Assembly: GCF_039654945.1 (NCBI RefSeq)
Contig: NW_027361863.1
Location: 8,308,001 to 8,372,000 of the forward strand
Source of the DNA: Dendrobates tinctorius
Taxonomy: Eukaryota
Reading direction: 5' to 3'
DNA: 64,000 bases
The position numbers were made by a program, and so were the translations under genes. This document shows, piece by piece, positions 1-12,507 of this stretch (position 1 is its first letter; the number at the start of each line of letters is the position of its first letter). The notes below the pieces were generated by a model. The model saw nothing but the letters and a program-made list of their open reading frames with translations, ran no database searches and was not told the origin of the DNA.

Positions 1-416
1 CTGGCGAATATAGAGGCTGTTAAATAGGTGTTATATGGGCATCGATGCTGGTACTCATCCAAGGTGCAGTAGGAATTCTGGTCTGTGTAGTTGGCCATAA
101 CAATGGTGGCAGCAATGTGCAAAATTGTGGCCAGGACATCATAGACGAGGTTGGTGAGCAGCCAGCGTTGACCCCCTAGGAGTGCCACTAAATCCTGCTT
201 GTCCAGCAGAGTGAGGAAGTACAAGAGCAGGGTGAGGAGCCAGAAGAAGACAGCCACAAACAGGGCGAAGTGGATCCCACCACTGTAAGAGCTGGAGGCG
301 ATGGTAATCCACAAGGCAGCCCCCATGACCAGTTGCAGAACTCTCAGCACCCCAGGGAAACTTTTCAGGAAAGTCTTGTTGGCACTCAAGGAGCTCCTGG
401 TCGCCTGGGCAGACAT
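1..416 (-). CDS. MARVELD1: MARVEL domain-containing protein 1, partial (3' end beyond left edge of window)
   Basis: Manual translation of the minus strand from ATG at 416 has no stop before base 1: MSAQATRSSLSANKTFLKSFPGVLRVLQLVMGAALWITIASSSYSGGIHFALFVAVFFWLLTLLLYFLTLLDKQDLVALLGGQRWLLTNLVYDVLATILHIAATIVMANYTDQNSYCTLDEYQHRCPYNTYLTASIFA. It matches recalled vertebrate MARVELD1 motifs (GVLRxLQL, WITIA, HFALFVxVxFWLLTL, RWL..N..DVLA, SYC...C.Y) and has hydrophobic TM segments. Synteny with AVPI1 and PI4K2A agrees. Confidence 0.93.
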   Translation of the reverse strand, partial: MSAQATRSSLSANKTFLKSFPGVLRVLQLVMGAALWITIASSSYSGGIHFALFVAVFFWLLTLLLYFLTLLDKQDLVALLGGQRWLLTNLVYDVLATILHIAATIVMANYTDQNSYCTLDEYQHRCPYNTYLTASIFA

Positions 417-816
417 TGCAGCTGTGGACTGGGCACAAGCCTTTTTTTTTTAATCCCAGGAGCAGCTATGCAGAATCAGTGCCCCAGTGTGTGCCAGAGA
501 GGAGCCTTGTCTGGTGTGCAGCTTGTTCAGATGTGGGGTGTGGGCAGTCCCATCATGTAACCTAATGCCTCTTCTTCCTCTGCTGACATCACCGTACATG
601 CAACTTCCCCTGGACTTCAACATCTGGATGCAGTGGTTGTAGAGTGTTACACACCCTTTCCTCACCATGCGGATGTGGGATGAGAATCAGTGCTATTCAC
701 TGCTACACAGGAGGCACAATTTTGCTTTAAAGCTGTCAAGTTACCAAATAATGATTTTTTTTTTTTTTGGCCTCCCCTAAAGAGTAGCTGCAATTATTTC
801 AGAGATTGGACCTCTA

Positions 817-1169
817 GGCTGTGTGCACACGCTGCGGATTCTGCTGCGGTTCTGCAGTGGATTTGGCCGCTGAGGACCCGCAGCAGTTTTAGCTGCGGTG
901 TACAGTACCATTCAAATGAATGGGAAAAAAAAACGCTGGATTTTTCAGCGCGGTTTTCCTGCGGTTTTGAAACCGCAGAAAGAATTGACATGTCAATCCG
1001 CAGCGGTTTCCTATCTCCACCATTGTGGAGAAGGTGAAACCACAGGGGCAAAACCGCAGGCTAATCCGCAGATAAACCGCAGGTCTTTTGACCTGCGGAT
1101 TTATCTGCGGATTTTGCAAAACCCGCGCGGATGAATCCGCAGCGGATTCCGCAGCGTGTGCACATACCC
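817..1169. mobile_element. PIF/Harbinger-type MITE (GGCTGTGTGCACAC...GTGTGCACATACCC family)
   Basis: Terminal inverted repeats, internal CCGCAG/CTGCGG motifs, CTA/TAA flanks. The same family recurs at 10267, 12838, 13112, about 27453 and 57005. Confidence 0.75.
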
Positions 1170-1253
1170 TAACAGTTTGGGCAACATATGTCATAGATTG
1201 CATGTTGCAAAAATGCTTTCAAAGTAAAAAAAAAAAAAAGTCCACAGCGTTAA

Positions 1254-2545
1254 CCCCTTTACCAACTTGGGTTTTTCCGTTTTTGAGTTTTTGTTTTTTG
1301 CTTTCCTTCTTCCCAGAGCCCAAACTTTTTTATTTTTCTGTCCATACTGTCATGTGAGTGCTTGTTTTTTTTTTGTTTTTTTTTTGCAGAACGAGTTGTA
1401 ATTTTGAATGACACCATTGGTTTTATCATATAGTGTACTGGAAAGCAGGAAAAAATCCAAAGTGCGGTGAAACTGCAAAAAAAAAGTGTAATTCCACAAT
1501 TGTTTGTTGTTTTTTCATTTACCATATTCACTGAATTCTAAGGTAAGACTGACCTGCCATAATGATTCTCCAGGACATTACGAGTTTGTAGATACCAACA
1601 AGGTATAGTTAGGTTTTTGGTTTTTTTTATTTAAGTAGTGAAAAAAACCCCAAAGTTTGTAACCATTTTGGGATAGATATGATGTTCTGATCTCCTGTTA
1701 TTGCGTTTTGACCAACAAAAAAAAGTAATTCTGGCGGTTTGATTTTATATCTCTTTACGTCGTTTACTGATTGGATTAATTATTTTTATATATTGATAGA
1801 GAGGGCGTTTCTGAAGGCGGCGAGACCAAATATGTGTTTTTTTATTGTTTTATTTTGAATGATGGAGCAAAAGGGGGGTGATTTGCACTTGTATATTTTA
1901 AAAAAAAGTTCATATTTTTCAAAACTTTTTTTTACTTTTTACTGCCTTCAATTGTATCCATGGGAGACTAGAAGCTGCGATCATCCGATCGCCTGTGCTA
2001 CACATAGCAAGGCTTCGGCCCTGTTATGTGTAGCTAAAATCCTCATCTGTTATGAGTGCCGTCCACGGGGCGGCGCTGATAGCAGTTCGGCTATGACAAC
2101 CACAGCGGTCTCCTGCAGACCCCGGATTGTCATGACAACCCATCGGCGAACTGCTGTCATGTGGCGGAGCTAATGACGAGCTTCCAGCACGATTATGTTA
2201 AATGCTGCTGTCAGAGATTGACAGCTGCATTTAACATGTTATCAGCTGCGGGTGGATTGCGCATCCACCCGCAGCTATTAGGGGCACATGTCAGCTGATG
2301 AAATGTTAGGGGCACATGTCAGCTGATGAAATGTTAGGGGCACATGTCAGCTGATGAAATGTTAGGGGCACATGTCAGCTGATGAAATGTTAGGGGCACA
2401 TGTCAGCTGATGAAATGTTAGGGGCACATGTCAGCTGATGAAATCAACTGACATGCTGGAAAAGTTGCGGGCTCTTCATTGGAGCCTGCATCAAACAGGA
2501 GGAGGCAACCTATGACGTACCTATAAGTCATGGGTCATTAAGGGG
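1254..2545. mobile_element. piggyBac-like non-autonomous DNA element
   Basis: TTAA at 1250-1253 and 2546-2549 flank CCCCTT...AAGGGG termini. No ORF. Related internal fragments occur near 18750-18840, 22060 and 32400-33750. Confidence 0.65.
2278..2444. repeat. 28-bp tandem repeat, about 6 copies (TTAGGGGCACATGTCAGCTGATGAAATG)
   Basis: Direct reading, period 28; lies inside the piggyBac-like element. Confidence 0.9.
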
Positions 2546-2619
2546 TTAAAAGATTTATGCTGACAATTGAAAATCTCTATCATGCAAATTTATCAAGTAG
2601 AGGTAAGTGGCTAAGCTGC

Positions 2620-2790
2620 ACCAGTTTTTATGTTCTCCCAGTGTTTGCGTGGGTTTATTTTGGATTCTCCAGTTTCCTCCCACACTCCAAAAACATACTG
2701 ATAGGGAATTTAGATTGTGAACCCCAATGGGGACAGTGATGACCATGTCTTTTAACCACTGCTGAATATAATGGCGCTGTATAAATAAGC
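2620..2790 (+). mobile_element. 5'-truncated V-SINE
   Basis: TGTTCTCCCAGTGTTTGCGTGGGTTT...TTCCTCCCACACTCCAAA core plus an L2-like tail; homologous to the fuller copy at 14570-14840. Confidence 0.7.
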
Positions 2791-3769
2791 ATAATTTTTT
2801 AAAGAAGATGCACTTCAGATTTCCCTACAGTGTTTACAGAGCCAAAATGCTACATGGTAACTTTTCTGTATACATGTTATAATAATATAACAAAATAAAT
2901 ATATTGATTGAGATTAAGTGTTACAGAAGTTTTAATCGGTGGGGGGGTACTCAGAACCCTAATCTATGGGTATGGCCAGAGTCACACCTCTGTGTTTCAC
3001 AATCTGATTACAGACTTCGATGCCCAGATTAAGGCCGGAGTCAGACACAACGTATAATATACGGTCTGTATTTTACGGTCGTAATACGCAGGAATGTTCC
3101 CTGAACAGTGATCCATATGTCATCGGTTGGCAAGGCTAGGATGCGATTTTTGCACATGTAAGCATCCGTATGGCATCTGTATGCCGAGATTTTCTCGCCG
3201 GCTTGCAGAATGGACATATAATGGAGCCCAATGACAGGTTAAAACACAAACGAAAGAATAGATACTGTATATACACATAGAATGCATACATACAGTACAT
3301 TTCTATTTCTGAATATTAATTTCTCTCCTCCCTACTGAACACACTGCAAATATCATCAAATATCCTGTGCACCGAAAGTGGAGTTAATGAATAGCTGGTG
3401 GAATCCATGCTTCATTAATAAGTGACTCTGGGGGGAGGGTGGGAAAATGAAGTCCACTTTCCACATGTTTCATACTCTCAGTAGCATCCTATATCGATAT
3501 CAAGCCACAATTTTCTACTTTACTTATTACTGCTGAAAATGACAAGACAAGTGATTGACAGGATTACTGGTGAATTCCATTTTGAGTTCTGTTCATTGGC
3601 TCAATGCAAATGTAGTAGCTAATGTTTATATCATAGGCATCACTTATGGCCATGGGCGTACCCACCGTGGGGCAGGGGGGGCAGCTGCCCCCACTACCCC
3701 TAGAAGCAGGGGCGCACAATGAAAGAACACCTCCGGGCCGCGGTAGTGGAGAGCCACACACAGCTGACA

Positions 3770-4077
3770 GTGGGGCGGGACTCACTGCAGAGCAGGTTGA
3801 GACCGCGTGGTGCTGGGATTGGATCCGGCCGGGGTTCAGACAGGTTTCAGAGGCGTGTCATGTACAGCGTGCTACGTAAGGACGCCTCTGAACCCTCCGG
3901 GTTCACTGTGTGATCGCGGGTTTGTTCCCATCCTGGTAGCCACCGGCCGCCTGTGGAGCTGCGCATTATCTGCCCTGTATGGAGAGTGAAGATTGGCTCC
4001 TTTCCCGGACAAGGTGGATGTGGTTACCAGTCCGCACTGGCGGATGAAGCAGTCTGGTGGGGCGGTACTGTGATAAG
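3770..4077 (+). other. Candidate CpG-rich first exon (unknown transcript or alternative AVPI1 5' exon)
   Basis: GC box GGGGCGGGA at about 3772, CpG-rich unique sequence, and an AAG|GTAACT donor at 4077/4078 followed by a minisatellite. Confidence 0.35.
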
Positions 4078-4212
4078 GTAACTGTGGTATGAACTGGACA
4101 GAGACGGTGCGGCCCGGGCTGGGACTACTGCCCCCAACAGGACGGCACATAGTTTGCACGGAGCCTGTGCTAGGAGGAGGAGGTGTAGTGTTATATACAT
4201 TATTTAGTGTAA

Positions 4213-5913
4213 TATGGTGTATACAGGGTCATACACATTGTGTGCGGTATATAGAGTGTAGAGTATGGTGTATACAGGGTCATACACATTGTGTGCGGTA
4301 TATAGAGTGTAGAGTATGGTGTATACAGGGTCATACACATTGTGTGCGGTATATAGAGTGTAGCGTATGGTGTATACAGGGTCACACACATTGTGTGCGG
4401 TATATAGAGTGTAGAGTATGGTGTATACAGGGTCACACACATTGTGTGCGGTATATAGAGTGTAGTGTATGGTGTATACAGGGTCACACACATTGTGTGC
4501 GGTATATAGAGTGTAGAGTATGGTGTATACAGGGTCACACACATTGTGTGCGGTATATAGAGTGGAGTGTATGGTGTATACAGGGTCATACACATTGTGT
4601 GCGGTATATAGAGTGTAGTGTATGGTGTATACAGGGTCATACACATTGTGTGCGGTATATAGAGTGTAGTGTATGGTGTATACAGGGTCACACACATTGT
4701 GTGCGGTATATAGAGTGTAGAGTATGGTGTATACAGGGTCACACACATTGTGTGCGGTATATAGAGTGGAGTGTATGGTGTATACAGGGTCATACACATT
4801 GTGTGCGGTATATAGAGTGTAGTGTATGGTGTATACAGGGTCATACACATTGTGTGCGGTATATAGAGTGTAGTGTATGGTGTATACAGGGTCATACACA
4901 TTGTGTGCGGTATATAGAGTGTAGTGTATGGTGTATACAGGGTCATACACATTGTGTGCGGTATATAGAGTGTAGTGTATGGTGTATACAGGGTCATACA
5001 CATTGTGTGCAGTATATAGAGTGTAGGGTATGGTGTATACAGGGTCATACACATTGTGTGCGGTATATAGAGTGTAGTGTATGGTGTATACAGGGTCATA
5101 CACATTGTGTGCGGTATATAGAGTGTAGTGTATGGTGTATACAGGGTCATACACATTGTGTGCGGTATATAGAGTGTAGTGTATGGTGTATACAGGGTCA
5201 TACACATTGTGTGCAGTATATAGAGTGTAGGGTATGGTGTATACAGGGTCATACACATTGTGTGCGGTATATAGAGTGTAGTGTATGGTGTATACAGGGT
5301 CATACACATTGTGTGCGGTATATAGAGTGTAGTGTATGGTGTATACAGGGTCATACACATTGTGTGCGGTATATAGAGTGTAGTGTATGGTGTATACAGG
5401 GTCATACACATTGTGTGCGGTATATAGAGTGTAGTGTATGGTGTATACAGGGTCATACACATTGTGTGCGGTATATAGAGTGTAGTGTATGGTGTATACA
5501 GGGTCATACACATTGTGTGCAGTATATAGAGTGTAGGGTATGGTGTATACAGGGTCATACACATTGTGTGCGGTATATAGAGTGTAGTGTATGGTGTATA
5601 CAGGGTCATACACATTGTGTGCGGTATATAGAGTGTAGTGTATGGTGTATACAGGGTCATACACATTGTGTGCGGTATATAGAGTGTAGTGTATGGTGTA
5701 TACAGGGTCATACACATTGTGTGCGGTATATAGAGTGGAGTGTATGGTGTATACAGGGTCATACACATTGTGTGCGGTATATAGAGTGTAGTGTATGGTG
5801 TATACAGGGTCATACACATTGTGTGCGGTATATAGAGTGTAGGGTATGGTGTATACAGGGTCATACACATTGTGTGCGGTATATAGAGTGTAGTGTATGG
5901 TGTATACAGGGTC
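4213..5913. repeat. 51-bp minisatellite, about 33 copies
   Basis: Unit GTATGGTGTATACAGGGTCATACACATTGTGTGCGGTATATAGAGTGTAGT; explains the 17-aa-periodic ORFs of 577-620 aa. Confidence 0.97.
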
Positions 5914-5919
5914 TGACAC

Positions 5920-6131
5920 ATCCAAATATTCCAGCACATCTTCTTACTTGAAAATAGAATCTTTATTGAGAAATCTTCATTAAAAATCCAAAAGCGGGAT
6001 ACAGGTTAAAAAACCATGGTGTCTGTCTTCACCATGGTTTTTTAACCTGTATCCTGCTTTTGGATTTTTAATGAAGATTTCTCAATAAAGATTCTATTTT
6101 CAAGTAAGAATATGTGCTGGAATATTTGGAT
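5920..6131. repeat. Near-perfect inverted repeat, 102-bp arms, 8-nt spacer
   Basis: 5920-6021 is the reverse complement of 6030-6131 with 2 mismatches; spacer TCTGTCTT. Confidence 0.93.
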
Positions 6132-6279
6132 CCTTGTATTTATGTCAGCTTGTGACATTTCCTAGCACCTTCAGCAAAGAACTGCCTCCAACGTGACAAA
6201 TAAAAAAGGTGAGCTGAATATACCGTATATACTCGAGTATAAGTCGATCCGAGTATAAGTCGACCCCCCTAATTTTGTT

Positions 6280-7747
6280 CGTGACGCCAAAATTGGGTCT
6301 CCCCTCACACCCAGGGCAGTGGGGTACTCGGTACCGGGCCGGTGTCAGGGGGAATGTGTGTCACAGCAGCGGTGACCCGGTCCGTGGCCCTGGGCGCCCA
6401 ATATCAATGGCGGTGATGTTAATGGTGTAATAGTTTATTTGGATAGTTCGTGACGCCACCCATGGTGTTTGGCAAGTGAGATGTTGAGCCAACACTGCAT
6501 GCAGATCCACTGGGACTGATGGTGTGGTGCAGCAAAGATGGTGTAGCTCCCCACAGGTGGAGCTGTAGTCCCAGGGCAGTGCAGGTGCAATGGATGAGGA
6601 GAGGCGCAGAATGGTATGGATGCTGGTACCCAGGTGTAGCGGTGCTGGAATAACTGGAGGACACCAGAGTATGCAGTTCCAAAGCTTTACTGACTGTTTG
6701 CAGTTCACACACCTGCCTGCCTCCGCACTGTGTTCTTCAGGTCAGGGCCCCAGCCAACCTCCAGGCAGAATAGGATTCTCCCCTCCACACTCCGCCAATA
6801 TGTACCTTACTGAACGACTCCTCCAATGCGCCTTTAGGTGCGAAGCACTCCAGTACTTAGTTACCCTGGAATGCCTCTCTCTAGGTGTTCCTAGTCTCTA
6901 CTTGTATGACAGACAGCTATAGCCTGCTTCGGGGACTCCTCACTGCGTCCCGGCTCTCTATTCAGTTGCTGTTGTGTCCCAAGTCTATGATGGGAGTAAG
7001 GCGTTAGCGGCTCACTACTCCTCCGGTGTCTGTTGCCGGACATAAAGATCCAATCAACCTCGGGGACCGGGCCCCGGCCTTTGCGCTCTGGACTGGAAGG
7101 GTTCTCTCTCTTTCTTCAACCGGCTTCCCACCGTCCTTTTATTCTCCTTCGTTCCGATCTGTTCTATCTCTCTTATGGAATCTGTAGTCTCCAGTCTACG
7201 TCTTTCTTCTTCTCTTCTCTTCCTCTATCCCTCTTCCAGGGATCCTCACTCCTGTCTGAGTGACTTCCTTTCTCTGGGACTCACCCCAGACTGACCTTCT
7301 GTCAGACTGATCTGAAATCCTACACCTTCCCTCTCTTTTATAGCTAACTCCACCTGCCTCCCCAGCACCTCCCATGTTACGAAGCCAGGGACCACAAAAG
7401 GCACCCTATGACCTTTCCAGCATAAAGCATGGATGGGTCACCGCTGAACTATGATGTGTGTGGGGTGCAGGTGTTGGAATGTGAAAGGGAGTTCCACCCT
7501 ACCTGGATGGTGGGGTACCACACCTTAGGAGAAGGTGCAGTACCTTTGTGGCGACTGAAGCCTCAGGGGCGCCACATTGGCTTAACACCTCCCTTGCCGA
7601 ACACCACAGGTGGCGTCACGAACTATTCATTTAACTACCTTTCACATCTCTTTATTACTTGGGCGCCCAGGGCCACGATCCGGGTCACCGCCACTGTGAC
7701 ACATCCCACAGATACCGGCCCGGTACCGAGTACCCCGCAGCCCTGGG
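6280..7747. mobile_element. LTR-like repeat with an inverted partial copy of its 5' part (arms 6310-6492 and 7577-7747)
   Basis: CCCAGGGCAGTGGGGTACTCGGTACCGGGCCGGT... is mirrored by ...ACCGGCCCGGTACCGAGTACCCCGCAGCCCTGGG. A GGGGCGCCACA end at 7576 resembles an LTR 3' terminus. It interrupts a TcMar-type terminus at 6223-6277. Confidence 0.5.
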
Positions 7748-8449
7748 AAGGCCACCCATTTACATACGGCTGCCACTGATAGCATTTCTTGCAGATGCCG
7801 GACAGAGGAGACAATCGACGCGTTTTATGGACCATATTGGCGAAATTGTGCTCTTTTTCACCATTTTTACCTCACTTTCATCCCGTTTTTCTGTATGTTA
7901 TTTGTTGAAATGAATGGTGTCTTACAAAACCACAGAAAACAAGCCCTCGTGTGGCATTGACGCCGGGAAAATCAAAACGTTATGGCTCTTATGGAAGTTG
8001 GGGAGGTAAAAAACAAAAAGCTGGTTGTGATGGTGAGGGGTGACATTTTTTATCCGCATACAGGTGAAATGCGTTGTTTCTTCATCGGTCGTTGCTGATA
8101 GGACACATCGGTGACATCGCGACTCACGTGACCGCTGCTGTCAATCACAGGGCTCAGCGGTTATGCTAATGTAGTCGTGATGTCACCGATGCGTCCTGTC
8201 CTGTCATTTTCTTATTATTACCTCGTCCTCGAGCACGTATATGACATAAAAAAATGGGTGCAGCGTATCACTGACAGACATGTTTATTTTTGAGGTAATT
8301 ATTGCTGTGTGCTGATGATGGTGGGAGTGAGTACACTTTATGACACTTGGGTATTTCTGTGCAGTGATTAGCACACAGTACAGACAGCCTGCGGTTACTG
8401 AACAGGGAGACCGTCCTCCAGTCAGGCTCACACAATCTCCTCAGCTCTC

Positions 8450-8580
8450 TGCCTCATGACGTCAATGGCGCGCGCAGAAGCCACGTCTCCCGCCATTACC
8501 TACACCACGCCCCTAAGAGCGCTGATTGGCTGATCCGTGTGTTTGCGTCAACTACCTGGAGCGGGGCGTGGTTACGTCCC
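8450..8580 (+). promoter_or_regulatory. Probable AVPI1 proximal promoter (CRE, CCAAT, GC box)
   Basis: Full CRE TGACGTCA at 8457-8464, reverse CCAAT (ATTGG) at about 8525, TGCGTCA half-CRE at about 8544, GGGGCGTGG at about 8563; CpG-rich. Confidence 0.6.
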
Positions 8581-8678
8581 TCACGGCCGGGGCCTGAGAG
8601 AGAGAGAGTCGGACGAGACAGGACGGTGTGTCCCGGGCTGCGGCCTCCTGATCCGCGGGTTTCCGTATGTCTGCACAG
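8580..8678 (+). other. AVPI1: Probable non-coding exon 1 of AVPI1 (start approximate)
   Basis: Strong CAG|GTAGGT donor at 8678/8679 downstream of the promoter motifs. The ATG-bearing exon has an acceptor 21 nt upstream of its ATG, so an upstream exon is expected. Confidence 0.55.
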
Positions 8679-10266
8679 GTAGGTGCTGCTTTATAGTGCG
8701 ATAGGCCGTGTCACGTACGCTCCATGAAACACATTTAAAGGGATTGTTCATTTTGCCAACTTAAGAGCTTTCTCCAGCTAGAACTACAGCTCCCAGCATG
8801 CAATGCGCCTCCTACTTTCCCTATTGGGGCACTGTTTACATTGATTGCAGACCCTACCCCCCCCCCCCCCCCTTCAATGTAACCACTGCAGCCAGTCACT
8901 GGTCTCTGGTCTGGCTGCAGTGGTTAGGTGGGTTTAACTGTTTACCAGCAGGGAGCATCGGCTGCAGTGCTAGAAGCCAGGGGAGTAGATAAGTATATAG
9001 CGATGGGGGTATGTCTGATTTATGGTCAGCATTGGACAACGCCCCTTTAAGAACCGAAAAGCTTATGGAGGGAGATGAAATATCCCCGCCATGTTATAAA
9101 ACTTGTGCATGCTTGGATAAACTGAGCGTGCATGTGTTTTGGAGGGACGGCTGATGGTAAAACGAGTGTTTGGCATGCAAGTAGTTGTGGTCGCCCTTAA
9201 AGGGTACGTTATTTTTCGGCAATCCCATAGATAAAAGATGACGTTGAGAATGTGCTACCGCTTCTTCTTTGATTCCAGAGCCCCAAACTTGGGATCACTG
9301 GGGGGAGGGACTCCCCTTTAAGATCCCACTAGTGGCCTGTAGACCAGGTATACATTCAACATTTGTGACACTACAACCCCCAGCATTCCCTGACAAGTTG
9401 CCGTTTGGTGTCATAGACTTACTCTGGATTTCACAGGTGATGTGAATAAAGTCCTAAAGGGGGACCGTCCTCGAATGAAATGATACGATCTATAGGGGTC
9501 CTGAAACGCCCCCTGATCAGTGTCGGGCTCAATAGTAAGTCTAGGGGGGTCCGTGCTCTGCTCAGTTAGGGCAGGAGCTGGAGGAGGTGCTTTAACCGAA
9601 CAGTAGGCGGTCTCAGGACCTGGACTCCACCAATCAGTAGCTGCCCCTGAAATATATTGAATTTATAGTTACCTTTTTAAGAAAGGTTACAAGCCGGACA
9701 TGTTACTGGAAGCCGATCGCCAAGCTGCGACTCTCCTACTGTGGACACATCGTAAGAAGAGAGCAATCACTGGAGGAGGACCTCATGGTTGGAAGAATAG
9801 AAGCAACACAGCGAAGAGGAAGACCAGCAACCCGATGGCTTTATGCTATCAAGATAATGGCGGAGAAGACCCTGGTGGACCTATCTAGGCCTGCACAAGA
9901 TCGATCTTCATACAGAACGCTCATCCATCAAGTCATCATGGCTCAAGATTGTCTCAAACGCCTTAAAAGAAAAAAAAAAAATAATAGTAGTGTGCATTTC
10001 ACCTTTATGGCTTTCACACTTCTGCAGCGTTTCGTGTGAGTGAATGGAGCAGAACTAGGTGCAGCCTCTTATCTGTGGCGCTGACGTCCGCACATCAGTC
10101 ACCGGGGGATATTATGGCCCCATGGGATTCTTCACTGACACAAATCTGAAAAGTCGGAGCTCAGACGATGGATGGATGCGTTATGCTAAGGATTTATGCT
10201 GCAGGAGCACAAGCAGGATCTGTAGGTAGGGGTGTCCTCCTTTACCAAAATTGGAGACCCCTTTAA

Positions 10267-10632
10267 GGCTGAGTGCAGACGTACTTTTTGGCCCTGTGGA
10301 TTTTTCCGTGCAGAATGGAAGAAATCCGCAGGTCAAATGACCTGCATTTTTCATGCGGATTTCTTCCATTTTTCACGCGGTTTTCTTGCGGTTTTCCCCC
10401 TGCGGATTTGGAGACAGGGGAGATGGAAAACCGCACAAATGAAGTAACATGTTGCGGATTTTGTACCGCAGGAAAACCGCGCGGAAAAATCTGCAGCGTC
10501 TGCACAGCGTTTTTTTTTTTTTTTTTTCATTGATTTTAAGGCTACTGTACATCACAATGCGGATATGCAACGTTTCTGCACGGTAAAATCCGCTGCGGAT
10601 CCGCTGCAAATCTGCATCATGTGCACATGGCC
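10267..10632. mobile_element. PIF/Harbinger-type MITE
   Basis: GGCTGAGTGCAGAC...TGTGCACATGGCC termini with TAA target duplication on both sides. Confidence 0.75.
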
Positions 10633-10754
10633 TAATACTTTTTTTGCAGTTGTTACAACTGTATCCAGTTTATTCAGTGGATTAGACACATTTCATGGGC
10701 GCTGATACAATGTAGCAAACAGCTGCTGCGATGGATTCAGCTAAGATGAGGCCA

Positions 10755-11117
10755 ATTGTAGCGAGCCCTGCATTGTAGCGAGCCCTCCATTGTAGCGAGC
10801 CCTCCATTGTAGCGAGCCCTCCATTGTAGCGAGCCCTCCATTGTAGCGAGCCCTCCATTGTAGCGAGCCCTGCATTGTAGCGAGCCCTGCATTGTAGCGA
10901 GCCCTGCATTGTAGCGAGCCCTGCATTGTAGCGAGCCCTCCATTGTAGCGAGCCCTGCATTGTAGCGAGCCCTGCATTGTAGCGAGCCCTCCATTGTAGC
11001 GAGCCCTCCATTGTAGCGAGCCCTGCATTGTAGCGAGCCCTCCATTGTAGCGAGCCCTCCATTGTAGCGAGCCCTGCATTGTAGCGAGCCCTGCATTGTA
11101 GCGAGCCCTCCATTGTA
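10755..11117. repeat. 17-bp minisatellite, about 21 copies (CATTGTAGCGAGCCCT[C/G])
   Basis: Direct reading; two unit variants are interspersed. Confidence 0.95.
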
Positions 11118-12507
11118 ACAGGTTAAAGGCAGTGTTCACCCAGTCTGGATTCTGTTTAGGAAAATCCCTGCAGAATAATCTATGGATTAGCCCCATTTAG
11201 GGCTAATCCGCTGGTCTGCAGACCAAATACTCGTCAAAGCCGAGGTTTTGCTTCAGTTGAATTCAGGCTGATACTTTGTTACAGTGTATCAGGACAGGGC
11301 TGAGGTTGCCGCTGCGGATCCTCTACGCTGGACTCGTGTAACAAACTCTTCCAGGTGTGAATAGTATTTTATTTCAACCTCTGATACAGAAAGTATCATC
11401 GAGCTGTAGAAACGGTACCGTGCATAAGTCTTCAGACCTTGGTGCGCGCCAGGCAAACACCTGGTTTTGCCAGAGGAAGCTTTAGTTGGGGTAGAATTTT
11501 CCCTGGAAAGGCCGCTGCAGGCGAAACAGTGTTCAATGGCAGCAATGCAGAAGAATGGTCATCGATGTGATACACAGTGGCCTGAACTGTTCTGGCTCAT
11601 ACAGGGGCGTCCCTGTATTTATGATGGCTGTGTACCCCAATAGGTCATAGACAGAAGTCATCTTCATGAGCCCACCCCCCTTATCCGCTCCTGCTGTGTT
11701 TGTCTGCAGAGTGCAGTCATTACATGACTCACATGGGCAGAGCTGGGCTGGCGCGGCTCCAGGGCAGGATGCCAGCTAATGACCGATAATGCAGGAAGTG
11801 TCAGCCGGGGTTTGTGCGGCTTGGCGTGTGCTGGCGATGCAGCCGTGGTAACGCGGTTGTGTGTCACCATCATAGCTACCCGAGCAGCGGCTCTTATTAC
11901 GTGGGTCGGGGAACATCCTCTACTGGTGGGAACCACAGATAAGAGATCAGCCTCCACTCCCTTCTTGGTGGCTTTTACTTTTAACGTCGTTACCTAAGTG
12001 AGTGTGATTCTTGTTGTTTTTTTCTCTTGGCTCCTCTATAGGACTCGAATGTACTAAATGTATAAACTAATGAGTGTTGTGAAAAATGCTTGAAACTTGG
12101 GTTATTTACGAGTATTTATCAATACTTAAATCAGTCGTGGTCCACCCCATATTTTTTCTAAATTAAAACTCAGGTTGGTCTATTAAAATTCAAAACTGTA
12201 TACTCTCCTGATTTCCCACCGCTCCTCTTCCAGGCAGGGTGGGCATGTGGCTTACACTACAGGGAAGTGGCAGGGGATCAGTAGCTAGATGTAGATTTTT
12301 TTTTTTTTTTTTTTTTCAAAGACCACACTGGGATTTATTTTGGAGAAAAATGAAGTAGATAATCCTATTAGCAAAGTGGGTTTGTGTGAAGGAAGGGCTT
12401 AGACCAGATCACACATGCCAGTGGGCACAACATTCAGACCCCTCACAGCTCTAAAAGTCTTAAGTTTGGGACTGTCATACCCAGCTTAACATGAGGCTGC
12501 AATCTAA

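Noticed and set aside
4089-5951. 577-620 aa ORFs in three frames
   Set aside because: They are translations of a 51-bp (17-codon) minisatellite that is open on both strands, with no unique coding flanks.
5920-6220. Hammerhead ribozyme of a Penelope pseudo-LTR
   Set aside because: No CTGANGA...GAAA core with suitable stems was found by eye, so the Penelope idea remains only a hypothesis.
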